Source of the DNA: Octopus sinensis
Taxonomy: Eukaryota
Direction of reading: 5' to 3'
Length of the DNA stretch: 64,000 bases
NCBI RefSeq assembly: GCF_006345805.1
Contig: NC_043006.1
Span: 27,714,001-27,778,000, forward strand
Shown here one piece after another: positions 52,842 to 64,000 of the stretch. Below the pieces are notes generated by a model that ran no database searches, was not told the DNA's origin, and saw only the letters and a program-made list of their open reading frames with translations. Numbering within the stretch: the stretch's first letter is position 1; every line of letters begins with the position of its first letter. The translations under genes were made by a program, and so were the position numbers.

Positions 52842-53330
52842 CTATAATAGTGGTGGTGGTGGGGGGTACGAGTAGCAGACGTAGTAGTAGTAGTAGTAGT
52901 AGTAGGAATAGTAGTAGGAATAGTAGTAGTAGTAGTAATATGTCAAATAGAATAAGAAATGATAGTAGTAATAGTGAATGAATGACACTATTGTTGTTAT
53001 CTACGATGTTGATTAGCGATGAGAATATTCCCTCCCTTTTCTCTTTCTCTTAATATATTTCTATTTGACGATCACGTTTCCTTTCCCAACACTCGTTTAA
53101 CGTTTAATTTCTTGCCTCTCTTTTTCCGCTCTTTACCTCTCGGTTTATATTCTATATGGGGTGGGGGCGTTGTTAACTCGAGATTCTCATCTTTCTACTT
53201 CACTTGTACTTTAGCTTTTCTTTCTTTCTTTCTCTCTCTCTTTCTCTCTTCTAATACCCTTCTTTATTTCTTCTACAATTTATTATCCCCCTCTCCTATT
53301 TTCTCTTTATTTCTTTACAACACGCAATAC

Positions 53331-53340
53331 AAAATGGCGG
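53331..53340. promoter_or_regulatory. YY1-type motif AAAATGGCGG in a putative housekeeping promoter
   Basis: Exact match to the (A)AAATGGCG(G) YY1 consensus often found near housekeeping TSSs. CpGs are locally retained (about 52.3-53.4 kb). Confidence 0.5.
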
Positions 53341-54212
53341 TTACATTAAAGCAGACGATTTAGAACCTGCACTACGGAAGGACATACGTAGAAGCAAATT
53401 TCATTTCGACACTTTATAAAATTTTGTTTTCCTTCTCAGCATTTCACCTCTTAGTTAAAATTTTATGCCAATAAAACGTGTACCGTAAACTATGATCACA
53501 TTATCCTTATAGCAGTATTAGTAGTATATGTGTTAAACAAAATTCATTTACCAGGAAACTATTTCAAACGTGATGGTTCTAGTTATAAAAGACCACTCTA
53601 CTTTATCGCAAATGGGATTATGGGTAAGGCTGAGTGTAAATGATGTAACACCTTGCGAACAGTTCATAGTAACTTCATTTCACTGCACAAATAATTTTCA
53701 GGTTGGTCATGTATTAGAAAGTTTCGATCTTCATCCATTCAATGGCAGATCGAGAAATTAATTTTTGGTAACACAACACTTTCAAACTTCGGACACTGGT
53801 AGAATGTGTCATATAAAACATCTTTTACTCTTAGAGTTGTTGAGAAAAGTTTCTATTTTCAAAGTGATTTCGTGTTAAAGATGTTGTATTTCGGTAATTT
53901 CAACCAATCAACGACGTGTATTCAGCTGAATAAAATTATTGCTATTGTTTGTCAACAACAACTTCCGGTGGTGTATATTTCGTTTGTCACTGTTATTTAT
54001 GACATATTTAATCTAAGTTATGTTTGTATGAATAAACGAGTGTATCTGAAGCACGTTTACTTCATGGCACCACCATTATCGTTCGTGCAATTCTACTGCT
54101 TTTAGTCTTTTTTTTTCCTGTTTTGCAGCTACTATTTTCGGAAAGACTTTTTTGCCCCCATCGTCACTCCTCCCCCTCCAATTTCTTCATTTTTCATTTT
54201 TTTTTCCGTAAC

Positions 54213-54350
54213 TCTAACCATAACCATAAAACCCTAACCCTAACCATAAAACCCTAACCCTAACCATAAAACCCTAACCCTAACCATAAAACCCTAACCA
54301 TAAAACCCTAACCCTAACCATAAAACCCTAACCCTAACCCTAAAACCTTA
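54213..54350 (+). repeat. Interstitial telomere-like array (CCCTAA/CCATAA) with a 20-nt higher-order unit
   Basis: AAAACCCTAACCCTAACCAT repeated with variants. Confidence 0.9.
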
Positions 54351-54369
54351 AAGCTAAAACCAGTACAAA

Positions 54370-55000
54370 CGCAAAATAGCATTATATGTAATGAAACCGG
54401 TAGCACCTGCTCCAGATATAGAAGCAAAGACTATAATAGGATACAAAGAGCTTGTGCCAAAGCAGTGTGAACATGTGGTATAAAACAGACAAATATTAAG
54501 GAATGATGTTTGTAGAGGCCATAGCCCATGGAGAACTAGCCTGTAGATTTAGGAAAGCTCTGAAGGAGACCAAACTCAACATTAAGATTGTTGAAAAGCC
54601 AGGGAACTCCATCCAATCACAACTATGTAGGACGTACCCCTTTGAGAATACCATATGCACCAATGATAACTGCATGGTATGTAGGATTAGCCCTGGTATT
54701 ATCTGTAGAACTAGAAATGTAGTCTACAGCATAAGATGCATAGGGGAGACATCTAGGAGCATTGCAGAAAGACTAAATGGACATTTGAGACAATATGACA
54801 ACAAAAAACAGTCCTCCATACTCTACGAACATGGAGACAACGTGGGTCAACCTGAGAGCCACATTATATCCAAGTACCCAAAGGACCCAACACTCAGACA
54901 AATACAGGTGTACGTCCTCATAAATGAAACATCCCCGATACTAATTAGGAAATATATCTAGTAGATAATCATACCCCCATATCCACAGTTGATATTTATA
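54370..55000 (+). mobile_element. Penelope-like element 3' fragment with Cys-rich linker and GIY-YIG
   Basis: IKIVEKPGNSIQSQL, C...C.VC......C.TRNVVYSIRC, IGETSRSIAERL.GH, S.LYEH. Confidence 0.85.
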
Positions 55001-55871
55001 TACAGATAGAATAGTTAGTGGACAGTTATGTAGATGTATGTGTGTGTATGTATATGCACATGTATGTAAGCAAATTGATATGAAAGTAAACAGACAGACA
55101 TACAGATAGGTACATAGGTAATATGAACAGACAAGCACACATACACATATACACAAATGAAGAATGAAACACAACCATATACACACACACTTCACTTCAC
55201 ACAAGAACATATATGGAGACACATGTCCACACTATGGAGATACACATCCATACATACAGATACAATACATAGTAAAAAACACCCATACATACACTCACAC
55301 ACAGAGACACACTCAGACATACACACACAAGGAAACAGAGGTATACACACACACACACATAAAAACACACAAACACATGAATATGCAGAATACATACATA
55401 CAAATGTGCACACATACATACATATACACATATGCTCACACACTCACATACATACCTGCATACATACATACACACTTACATGCATGCATGCATACATACA
55501 TACATACATGTGTATGTGTACACACACTGACGCATACACATGTGCACAAACAAACAAAAAGAATGCAGCTTGAATAACTGACAGAGTCAACAACTAATGA
55601 AAAGGTTGCAAGATGCTATGAAAATTTTAGAAAAATAAATAAGTAAATGAGTGAAAATTTTACCGGTAAGTGTGTTTAATTATAAGGCACTAAAAGAGAA
55701 CAACTCTCTCCAGATACAACAGAATATGCTTCAATACATGAACTTACATAAAGAATCTTGCAAATCACATCCAAAATGAAATTAATTCATAGTATTTTCC
55801 CATTATGTGCCAGTTTGGCTGAGTAACATTGCAAGCAAGCAAGATTCAATCTGACTTTTAATGTATTTTAT

Positions 55872-55938
<67 letters not shown>

Positions 55939-55939
<1 letters not shown>

Positions 55940-56503
55940 CTTTCTTAATAGAAAAAGAGAAAGGATCAACAAATTATATCAATGTAGAAAACACGACAGA
56001 GAGGAAAAGAGGAAGTGAGACCAATTGAGTGATCATAAATTGCAGGCCTATATGTAATGACAGACAGACAGATAGATACATACATACATTACATACATAC
56101 ATACATACATACATTACGTACATACATACATTGCATACATACATAGACAGACAGATAGGTAGATAGAGACAGACAGATAGAAAGATAGATATGTATATAA
56201 ATGTGTGTGAGACAGAGAGGAGGAGAAGAGACAGATAAATGAAGAAAAGAAACGGCGAGAAACAGACGGAAACGATGTTTAAATAGAGTAGAAGGTTATA
56301 TTAATAATGCACATTATAGCAAAATATATCTAATCGGAACTTGCAACTCCCACGCAAAATTGAACATGAGACAGAAGACATCATTCAAAATATATTTGAC
56401 TTGTTACCATTTTACTTTTTCTTCATAAAAGCTATGACATCAAGTGCAACATATTGTTGAAACGAGAATTAAACAATCTCTATGGTGTCGTACGAAATGG
56501 TTA
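55939..56503 (+). repeat. Direct repeat, copy 2 (partner at 52078-52637)
   Basis: As for copy 1. Lacks a 12-nt segment (CTGTCTGAATAT) present in copy 1. Confidence 0.93.
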
Positions 56504-56960
56504 TATACATATACATATACACACGTGCATATACAATGCAAGTAAAGCATGTATGAACTATTGGAATTTCATTCCAGATTACCAGTTTTAATGCCATTTT
56601 GTCATAAAAACCTGCAAGTCACGTGAGGGATTGAAGTGGGTCTTGAATATTTGTAATAAGCAAACAGAAAATGGAGCCAACTCTGAAATGACACATTGTT
56701 GCAGTATTTATGAGTAGATCTTCAAATGCCTTTCGGAGCTCAAAAGCCATTTAATAACTCACACTAGGAATGAGCAATCATAAGTTCAAGAAGAGAACAG
56801 GCTCTGTATAATGTAATGTAATGTTCCATTAATGGTAGGATCGACAAAAAATCATTCCATCCAATGAGAGGTAATATCATTTAATGAACAGGATTTACAT
56901 TCAAGTTGCTATTAGTTTTATGAAACTAATAATAGCTCAAATTTAAATCCTGTGTGTATG

Positions 56961-57019
<59 letters not shown>

Positions 57020-57466
57020 CAAAAATATGTATAGAGAATATCACATCTTTATGGTAGAATGCACTTTATAAAGCCAACAATTGTTTCTATTGCATTAACA
57101 TATTTAGATATAGGAAATATCATTGAAATTAATATTTCAAAAAATACATGTTAACACATACGTGTATTTTCAGAAATATTAATTTCAATGATATTTTCTA
57201 TATCTAAATGTGTTAATACAATAGAAACAATTGTTGACTTCATAAGCTGGGCTCTACAATAAAGATGTGATTTTCTCTACATGTACTTTTGTTGTTTAAT
57301 AATCTGAATTTCTTGAAATTCTTCTAAATGGTATTTAAATCTACTTGTCATACATGAGGAATTACCTTGGATGTGAATTCTACTTACATTTACTGGTGTC
57401 TGATTGTTGGATATAGTTAACCAAATTTGTTTAAAACTGAATTTTTTAATCCCTTTTTCTTATAAT

Positions 57467-57467
<1 letters not shown>

Positions 57468-57527
<60 letters not shown>

Positions 57528-57558
57528 TGATAGATAGATAGGCAGGCAGGCAGGCAGG
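57468..57558. repeat. (GATA)n then (GGCA)n microsatellite
   Basis: Visible directly. Many other (TA)n, (CA)n and (TACA)n tracts occur throughout and are not listed individually. Confidence 0.95.
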
Positions 57559-60500
57559 CAAATGTCTACACGCTGACAAGAGTTGAATGGTTTGACAAAA
57601 TCTGCTGAGCCAAAAGCCTGCATTGAGCTCCAATCAGAGCTGGTCCTAGGGTAGTTGACACCCTATGCAAATTAAATTTTAAACTTTACTCACTATATCA
57701 TACCATATCTATAACTCTCCAACTAAGGAATTTTTTATATCTACCTCTGTAATTAACTAATTATTTATTAAGCATTTACTCTCTTCTTCACAATCCTCAT
57801 TCCTATGATTTTCTTTACAGTAATTTCTAATATCTTTATAAGTAGCTAAGTATAAAGTATTTACACTTTACTTTTAATATGTTACTTGAAGATGTGCATG
57901 CAAAGAAAAAGAGTTGTTGAAAGTCTATGTGAGAGTCTTATGTACATGCAAAAGTTCACACACAATGCAGGGTTTGTACGTCAGGATGAGACAAAAAGTG
58001 TGTATGTGCCAAAAAGGTTGCATGTGCGGGCTTCCATATCGTCTTCCAGTTAGTTTCTGAGCATGTAGTTGTCAAAATGTTGTGCTAATAGGCTTTCATG
58101 GTCGGTGAATTCCTTGTGCATTGGCAGTGTTGCATTGTTGTGAAGTGCAACGTAGATTGCATTGCAGTATAGTACTTTCTGTAGCAGGTTGATAGAGGGT
58201 GCATCTTGGTGGTGACGAAGGTTGTCATTCTTTTTCTTTGGTTTAGCAACTGTTGATATTCTAGTTCTTTAGTTTGAATCAGCAAAAATTGCAGCAGCAT
58301 GTAGCATAGGAAGGTATCAATTCTCTTTACATTGGTTCACCAAGTTGTTGGTAATGCAGCTTCAGAAGGCAGTGATTCTTTTTCCACAGGGTCACCAATT
58401 GTTATGGTTGGTTCTTGGGAAGGCTGCAATTCTCTTGTTCGGGGTCACCAGTTATAATGATAAAGTTTTTAGTTGAAGTCAAGGGTCACCAGTTGTCATG
58501 GTTAGGTTATATTTTGGTGTGGTTACCAATTGTAGCGGGAGATATTGATTAGTAAACAATATTATGAAATGTCGGAGTCAGCAGTTAAAAGGTTGCAAGA
58601 TGCTATGAAAATTTGTTGTTATAATTGCATACTGTAGGATGTGAAAGATGAACAAAGCATGAAGTTTTAAGAAAGTATTTATTTACCGTTACATTGAAAA
58701 TGTACCATACCTCGACGGGCAGGTTATAACATCCGAAAGCATGCGAAAGAAAGTTAGATGTGGTAGAATTTTTTTTTGCATAGTTTGGCGTACACAAATT
58801 GTTAGTAGTAATCCACAGATATCAATAGATGATGTTATAAGAGAACAGAATTAGAGCTAGTCAAAGTTGTAGGATTGTGGGATGTTGTCTCACAGTTGCT
58901 GACAGTAAATTTCATTTCTCTCACTGACCATTGTCTTTAGTAGCTGCATTCCTTGTGATCATGATTCTAACAGTCCCTTCCCTAACTAACTGAGTCGTCA
59001 CAAGCCGCCTTGCTCAGTTGTCGCCAAGTGACTACTTCATCTTTGCTTGGGGGTTCTTGCTTTTATAACTATCCAGAAGGATAGACATATCATTGAGAAC
59101 ACTAGATTTAGTTGGTGGCCTTGTTATACATACATACATACACATACATACATACATACATACATACATACATACATGCATACATATACATATACATACA
59201 CACACACACACACACTTTTTGACACCACTTCATAATTCTCTTGCTGCTCCCATTCTTCCAGGCTTTCAAGCCTGCCTCTTTGTTTTTATGGCTGTGCCTA
59301 TCTCATTGTTGCAACAGCACATCTGTTGGTTGGAACTTTGCACTAGCCACAAATTTGATTTGTACTCTCAACAGGTTGTTGTTTCATAGGAACTTCCAGT
59401 TATTCTCTCTGTTATACATCTCTACTTTCTTCTTCTTCTCTATATATTCTGACTTTTCAACAGATCTTTAAACTTCTTTATGTTCCATATTGGTTAGTGT
59501 GTCTGAGTCTTTCTTCCTCTAAGTCTGATGTTACTAACCTCTAACTTCAGTTAGGTTGTACATTCTTCACCATACAAATATGTTATATTCACAACAAACC
59601 AACTACCTTGTTTTCTGGAGAGGATGTAGCCGATCTGGCTTTTGAGGTCACCATATTGACAAATGATCAAGTGAATAGCTGGTTTCCTGTAGCTAGTGTT
59701 AACTGCATTACAGAACTCCAAGAGCCTTTTACCTCCTTTTCTCTAGAATCAAATCTTTAGCCTCTATGTACCCAGAGGATCCCAAAGTGGGCAGGACTGC
59801 CCCTTGGGGAGATAGTGGAAGGACCCAGTGGAGGATGGCATTAAAGAAAAAGAGGGTGATAATGGGATGGCCAAAAGTGGGTAGACTCAAGTTTAGAAAA
59901 TAGAGTTTAAAAATCAATATGAAAAAAGTTGTTTAAGAAAGCTAACTTCAAGAAAGAACAGAGAGCAGAAATAAATAACTCAAAAACTCCAAAAGTTTAT
60001 TGATGAAGCTGGTCATAAAATTTGCGAGAGAATTCCCCAGAAAGATGAAAACATCTGACACTGAACAAGTCAACAATAATGATGGCAATAACTACAGCAA
60101 CAACAAAATGAAAAGAACACACTCACACACACACAAACAATCATGTGTGCAAGTGTGCACCATAAAATCCATTAGAGTGTTCTTCAATATATTTATTGAA
60201 GTCACTTATCATGTAGGTTATTTGTCATTGAGCTAAATTTGCAGAAGATCTTGCAAAATCATTCCTTCCATTCTTCTGCTAGTTCAGACTGGGGAGCATA
60301 TGCTGAGATAAATGCAGCTGCAATATTTTCTGAGCCTAGTCTCAGCTTAACTAGCCTGTCACATACTCTGACTGCCATGCTCCTCCAACAAAAGTATGCC
60401 TACACTATTACTATTACCTACCCAGAAGAATTTATACCTTTGTTCTTTTCTCAAGAGGAGTCTGGTTGCACTCAGCACACATCTATTATCCTTCTGCTCT

Positions 60501-61210
60501 AGTATTTCAAAAATCTCCTTAGTCTTACATTTCATTGTGTTAAAAATAGGTTCCCCACACTTTGGGGATGTGACCCTTAGAGGTAAATGTGTTCATCAGT
60601 AGTAAAATGTAGTGGTTAATTCACATGTTAGAAAAGAACTGGATTTATAGTAAAAAAAAAAAAACTACTGGAAATCATTACATGCTGTATCTTACAACAT
60701 TACATAGATAAATGATATTTAGTGATGACCTTTCTGGAATTCACCTGATGCTACTATAATAATCAGTACTTCTCAACGAGTATCATCTACTATTGAGAGC
60801 CGCCCCATCAAAATGACTTATTACATTCATCTTTCTGATTGCAGTTTCCACTCCTTGAATTTAACTCCCTTTTAAACCAAAAACTATCTGTAATCCTTCG
60901 TTGTGAGAACTATAATTCTGTGATCCTCCCTTCCCCTCCCACTCTATCCTAGTCTGTCAACAATATACTAAATTTCAATGATTCAATATTCCCAACAGTT
61001 ATAGTTTCCCTTCTCCCTAAGATAAAAATATTTATAGCACTATCATACTAATTTATTCAGAAAATGGGTTTCTCATTTAAGACCCTCTAGGCCTTCCGTA
61101 CTTCTGTTACTTTCCTCCATTCACGTTGGCGTCAGCTATGACGTAGGTGGCCAAGGACCATAACTCTGACCTTATTTCCGTTTGATGAGATCTTTATTAA
61201 ATTCACGTGT

Positions 61211-61249
61211 CGTCTAGAAATTTCTCCTTTAATACACAAGGAAGTTTCT
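61211..61249 (+). promoter_or_regulatory. Heat shock element-like motifs upstream of Hsp110
   Basis: cGTCtaGAAatTTCt (61211-61225) is three alternating nGAAn units with one mismatch. gGAAgtTTCt (61240-61249) is a second two-unit site. An E-box CACGTG lies at 61204-61209. Confidence 0.6.
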
Positions 61250-61382
61250 TCATGGGAGACGCATTCAGATAGATATTTTATCGTGTAAAAAGGATTTATT
61301 TTATTTGTTTTTGCACTTGGTACGTTTTCTCTGTATTACCTCTATTATAATTCCATTTACAAACTAGTGACTTTTAAAAAAA

Positions 61383-63863
61383 ATGTCTGTGGTCGGCATA
61401 GATTTCGGTAGCCAGTCCTGTTATATATCGGTTGCCCGGGCTGGTGGCATAGAGACGATATCCAACGAATACAGTGATAGATGCACGCCGAGTTATGTTT
61501 CATTCAACGAAAAGTCTCGATGCATGGGCAATTCATCCAAAAATCAGTCTGTAAGTAATTTCCGTAATACTCTGTTTAATTTCCGATGTTTACTTGGTCG
61601 TAAATTCAATGATCCTCAAGCTCAGGAAGAGATAAAACATTTACCATATACTGTTCGATCGGACAATAAAGGTAATGTTCTTATTGAAGTTAGTTACATG
61701 AATGATGTTTATCCATTTACACCAGAACAAATATCTGCTATGTTATTAACAAAACTAAAGAAAACCGCTGAAGTAGCGTTAAGCGCTAAAGTTGTTGACT
61801 GTGTTGTATCTGTACCTTGTTATTTCACTGATTCTGAGAGGCGTGCCCTACTTGATGCGACCGGCATGTGCGGCCTCAATTGTTTGCGACTCCTTAACGA
61901 TACTACTGCAGCATCTCTTGCGTATGGTATTTACAAACAAGACCTACCCGATGAAAAACAAAAATCAAGAAATGTTGTATTCGTCAACATGGGTTACTCT
62001 TCACTTCAGGTATGTGTGACTGCTTTTAACAAAGGTAAACTTAAAGTACTTGCTGTGGCTTTTGACTCTCATCTTGGAGGTCGGGATTTTGATCAAGTTC
62101 TTGTTGAATACTTCATAGAAGATTTCAAACAACGTTACAAACTGGATGTTCGCAGCAAAGTTAAACCTCTCATTCGTCTTAAGTCTGAATGTGAGAAAAT
62201 GAAAAAGCTAATGAGTGCCACTACGCAACCCGTACAGCTCAATATTGAATGCTTTATGGAAGATAAGGATGTTACTGGAAAACTAGTACGGGAAGTATTT
62301 GAAGACATGTGCCAACCTTTGTTTAAAAGAGCGGAAGAGACAATGCGTTCTATTCTACCCCTGTCAAAATTACATTTAGACGATATTCATTCTGTGGAAG
62401 TTGTAGGCGGTGTTACGAGAATACCTGCTATAAAAAGTCTTATCAAAAAGATATTTGGAGTTGAACCAAGCACCACATTGAATGCTGATGAAGTGATTGC
62501 TCGTGGTTGTGCATTGCAATGTGCTATACTATCGCCAACTTTCAGGGTTAGAGATTTTTCTATCGTTGATTGTCAACCGTATGCTGTTTCAATGAAATGG
62601 TTAGGAGGTGGTACTAGCGAAGATAACGTTCTTGAAGTTTTCCCAAAGTTTCATGTTTTCCCTTTTACTAAAATGATGACATTTTATCGGAAAGAATCCT
62701 TCCAACTTGAAGCTTTCTATTCCCAGCAAGAAACTATTTCTACTTGTCAGCCCACTATTGGCTCTTTCAAAGTCCAGAATGTTACTCCTCAAGCCACTGG
62801 GGAAAGTTCGAAAATAAAAGTCCATGTAAAAATTAATATTCATGGAATATTCAGTGTTCCTTCTGCTTCAATGGTAGAAAAGTTGGATAGTGCTGATTCT
62901 AGTGGAGAACCAATGGATTTAGATGAGAAAAAGGAAGAGGAAGATGACATGGAAGCTCAAACTAATACTAGTAAAAATCCTGAACAAACAGACTCTTCTG
63001 AATCAGCAATGCAAACTGATGATGGAGGAAAGCAGTCGGGCGACAAGAAAGAGCAGACCAATAAGAAAGTAAAGAAAGTGAAAATGATCGATTTACCTGT
63101 TGAAAGTATTGTTCCACAACTTAATAAAACCCAGCTTCATGCATGCGTTGAAAAAGAAAACCAAATGATAATGCAAGACAAGCTTGAGAAAGATCGTGTA
63201 GATGCTAAAAATGCCGTTGAAGAGTATGTTTATGAGATGCGTGATCGTTTATATGGTGCATTTGAGCAGTTTGTTGAAGAAAGTCACCGAAGCGAGTTCA
63301 GTAAAATGTTGGATGATGTAGAAAATTGGCTTTATGATGAAGGAGAAGATCAGTTAAAACAAGTGTACATAGACAAACTTGCACATCTTCAGAAATACAG
63401 TAACCCTATTTGTAAACGATATCAGGAAGCAGTAGAGAGGCCGGCTGCCTTCCAATCACTGGGTAGTGTGTTACAACAAATACGTAAGTTTTTAGATTTG
63501 TATGCCAAGAAGGATGAACAATATAGTCATATTAGTGATCAGGATGTGAATACAGTGACAAAGGCTTTGAAAGAGAAGAGCGAGTGGTTTGAAAAAAGTC
63601 AAAATCAGCAGAACCAAAGAAGCCTTTTCGAAGACCCTATTGTTACTTGCTCTGAGATCAATTCTCAACAGCAGAGCTTGGAGTCAACATGTATGCCAAT
63701 TATAAATAAACCAAAACCGGAACCAAAGAAAGAACCACCACCTCCTGAAAGTCAAGAAAAGAATTCTGTTCCAAATGAACCAACAACACAGCAACAGAGC
63801 CAAACTGACCCATCTTCTAAGCCCAAACCTGAAGAATCGGATCCAACTATGGAAGTTGATTAA
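61383..63863 (+). CDS. HSPA4: Hsp110 family chaperone / nucleotide exchange factor (HSPA4/HSPH1-like), 826 aa, intronless CDS
   Basis: Uninterrupted ORF with MSVVGIDFG, GGIETISNEYSDRCTP, LAYGIYKQDLP, TTLNADE, an acidic loop, NAVEEYVYEMR, ENWLYDEGED and a C-terminal PTMEVD. All are diagnostic of Hsp110 rather than Hsp70. Confidence 0.97.
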   Translation: MSVVGIDFGSQSCYISVARAGGIETISNEYSDRCTPSYVSFNEKSRCMGNSSKNQSVSNFRNTLFNFRCLLGRKFNDPQAQEEIKHLPYTVRSDNKGNVLIEVSYMNDVYPFTPEQISAMLLTKLKKTAEVALSAKVVDCVVSVPCYFTDSERRALLDATGMCGLNCLRLLNDTTAASLAYGIYKQDLPDEKQKSRNVVFVNMGYSSLQVCVTAFNKGKLKVLAVAFDSHLGGRDFDQVLVEYFIEDFKQRYKLDVRSKVKPLIRLKSECEKMKKLMSATTQPVQLNIECFMEDKDVTGKLVREVFEDMCQPLFKRAEETMRSILPLSKLHLDDIHSVEVVGGVTRIPAIKSLIKKIFGVEPSTTLNADEVIARGCALQCAILSPTFRVRDFSIVDCQPYAVSMKWLGGGTSEDNVLEVFPKFHVFPFTKMMTFYRKESFQLEAFYSQQETISTCQPTIGSFKVQNVTPQATGESSKIKVHVKINIHGIFSVPSASMVEKLDSADSSGEPMDLDEKKEEEDDMEAQTNTSKNPEQTDSSESAMQTDDGGKQSGDKKEQTNKKVKKVKMIDLPVESIVPQLNKTQLHACVEKENQMIMQDKLEKDRVDAKNAVEEYVYEMRDRLYGAFEQFVEESHRSEFSKMLDDVENWLYDEGEDQLKQVYIDKLAHLQKYSNPICKRYQEAVERPAAFQSLGSVLQQIRKFLDLYAKKDEQYSHISDQDVNTVTKALKEKSEWFEKSQNQQNQRSLFEDPIVTCSEINSQQQSLESTCMPIINKPKPEPKKEPPPPESQEKNSVPNEPTTQQQSQTDPSSKPKPEESDPTMEVD

Positions 63864-64000
63864 TTTTCCATTTTCTTCCAAATCAAAGTTGCTGTTAGTT
63901 ATGTAAGTTTGTGTTGTTGTTTATTTCACATCTTTTTTGTTCTTATTATTCAGCTAGATCAGCATATATTTTCAGAATATTTTACCTTTGAAACCAAAAA

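Noticed and set aside
53334-53363. Plus-strand gene start ATGGCGGTTACA...
   Set aside because: The frame closes after 9 codons with no donor site. Better explained as a YY1 motif.
53710-53760. Additional hammerhead candidate (GATC...GATCGAAAC on the minus strand)
   Set aside because: No CUGANGA core and no stem I.
52078-56503. LTR retrotransposon bounded by the direct repeats
   Set aside because: No TG...CA termini, primer-binding site, polypurine tract or gag/pol remnants between the copies.
61320-61367. Possible 5'UTR intron of Hsp110 (GTACGT...TAG)
   Set aside because: Only 48 nt with a weak acceptor, and unsupported without RNA data.

Overview
AT-rich animal genomic DNA dense in microsatellites and transposable elements. 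The repeat families look like those of an octopus (inference). Two host genes point away from each other. (1) The 5' part of a V-ATPase V0 subunit a gene (ATP6V0A1-like) lies on the minus strand. It has four coding exons with canonical splice sites and consistent phases (26437-26321, 12889-12811, 7361-7264, 3383-3255), continues off the left edge, and probably has its promoter and 5'UTR exon near 52.8-53.4 kb. (2) A complete, intronless 826-aa Hsp110/HSPA4-family gene lies at 61383-63863 on the plus strand, with a heat-shock-element-like motif upstream. The rest is decayed mobile DNA: Tc1 and mariner fossils, a Sola-like DDE transposon, RTE and CR1 LINE pieces, Penelope-like elements (PLEs), Helitrons, tRNA-derived SINEs and a 150-bp-arm palindrome. 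The most notable observations are five hammerhead-ribozyme-like motifs (one sense within the V-ATPase pre-mRNA), the intronless Hsp110, a PHD-type finger after the RTE reverse transcriptase core, modular end-swapping among Helitrons, long dsRNA-forming inverted repeats in introns, and a direct duplication bracketing the putative V-ATPase promoter. No database search or folding calculation was run. Boundaries of decayed elements are approximate.
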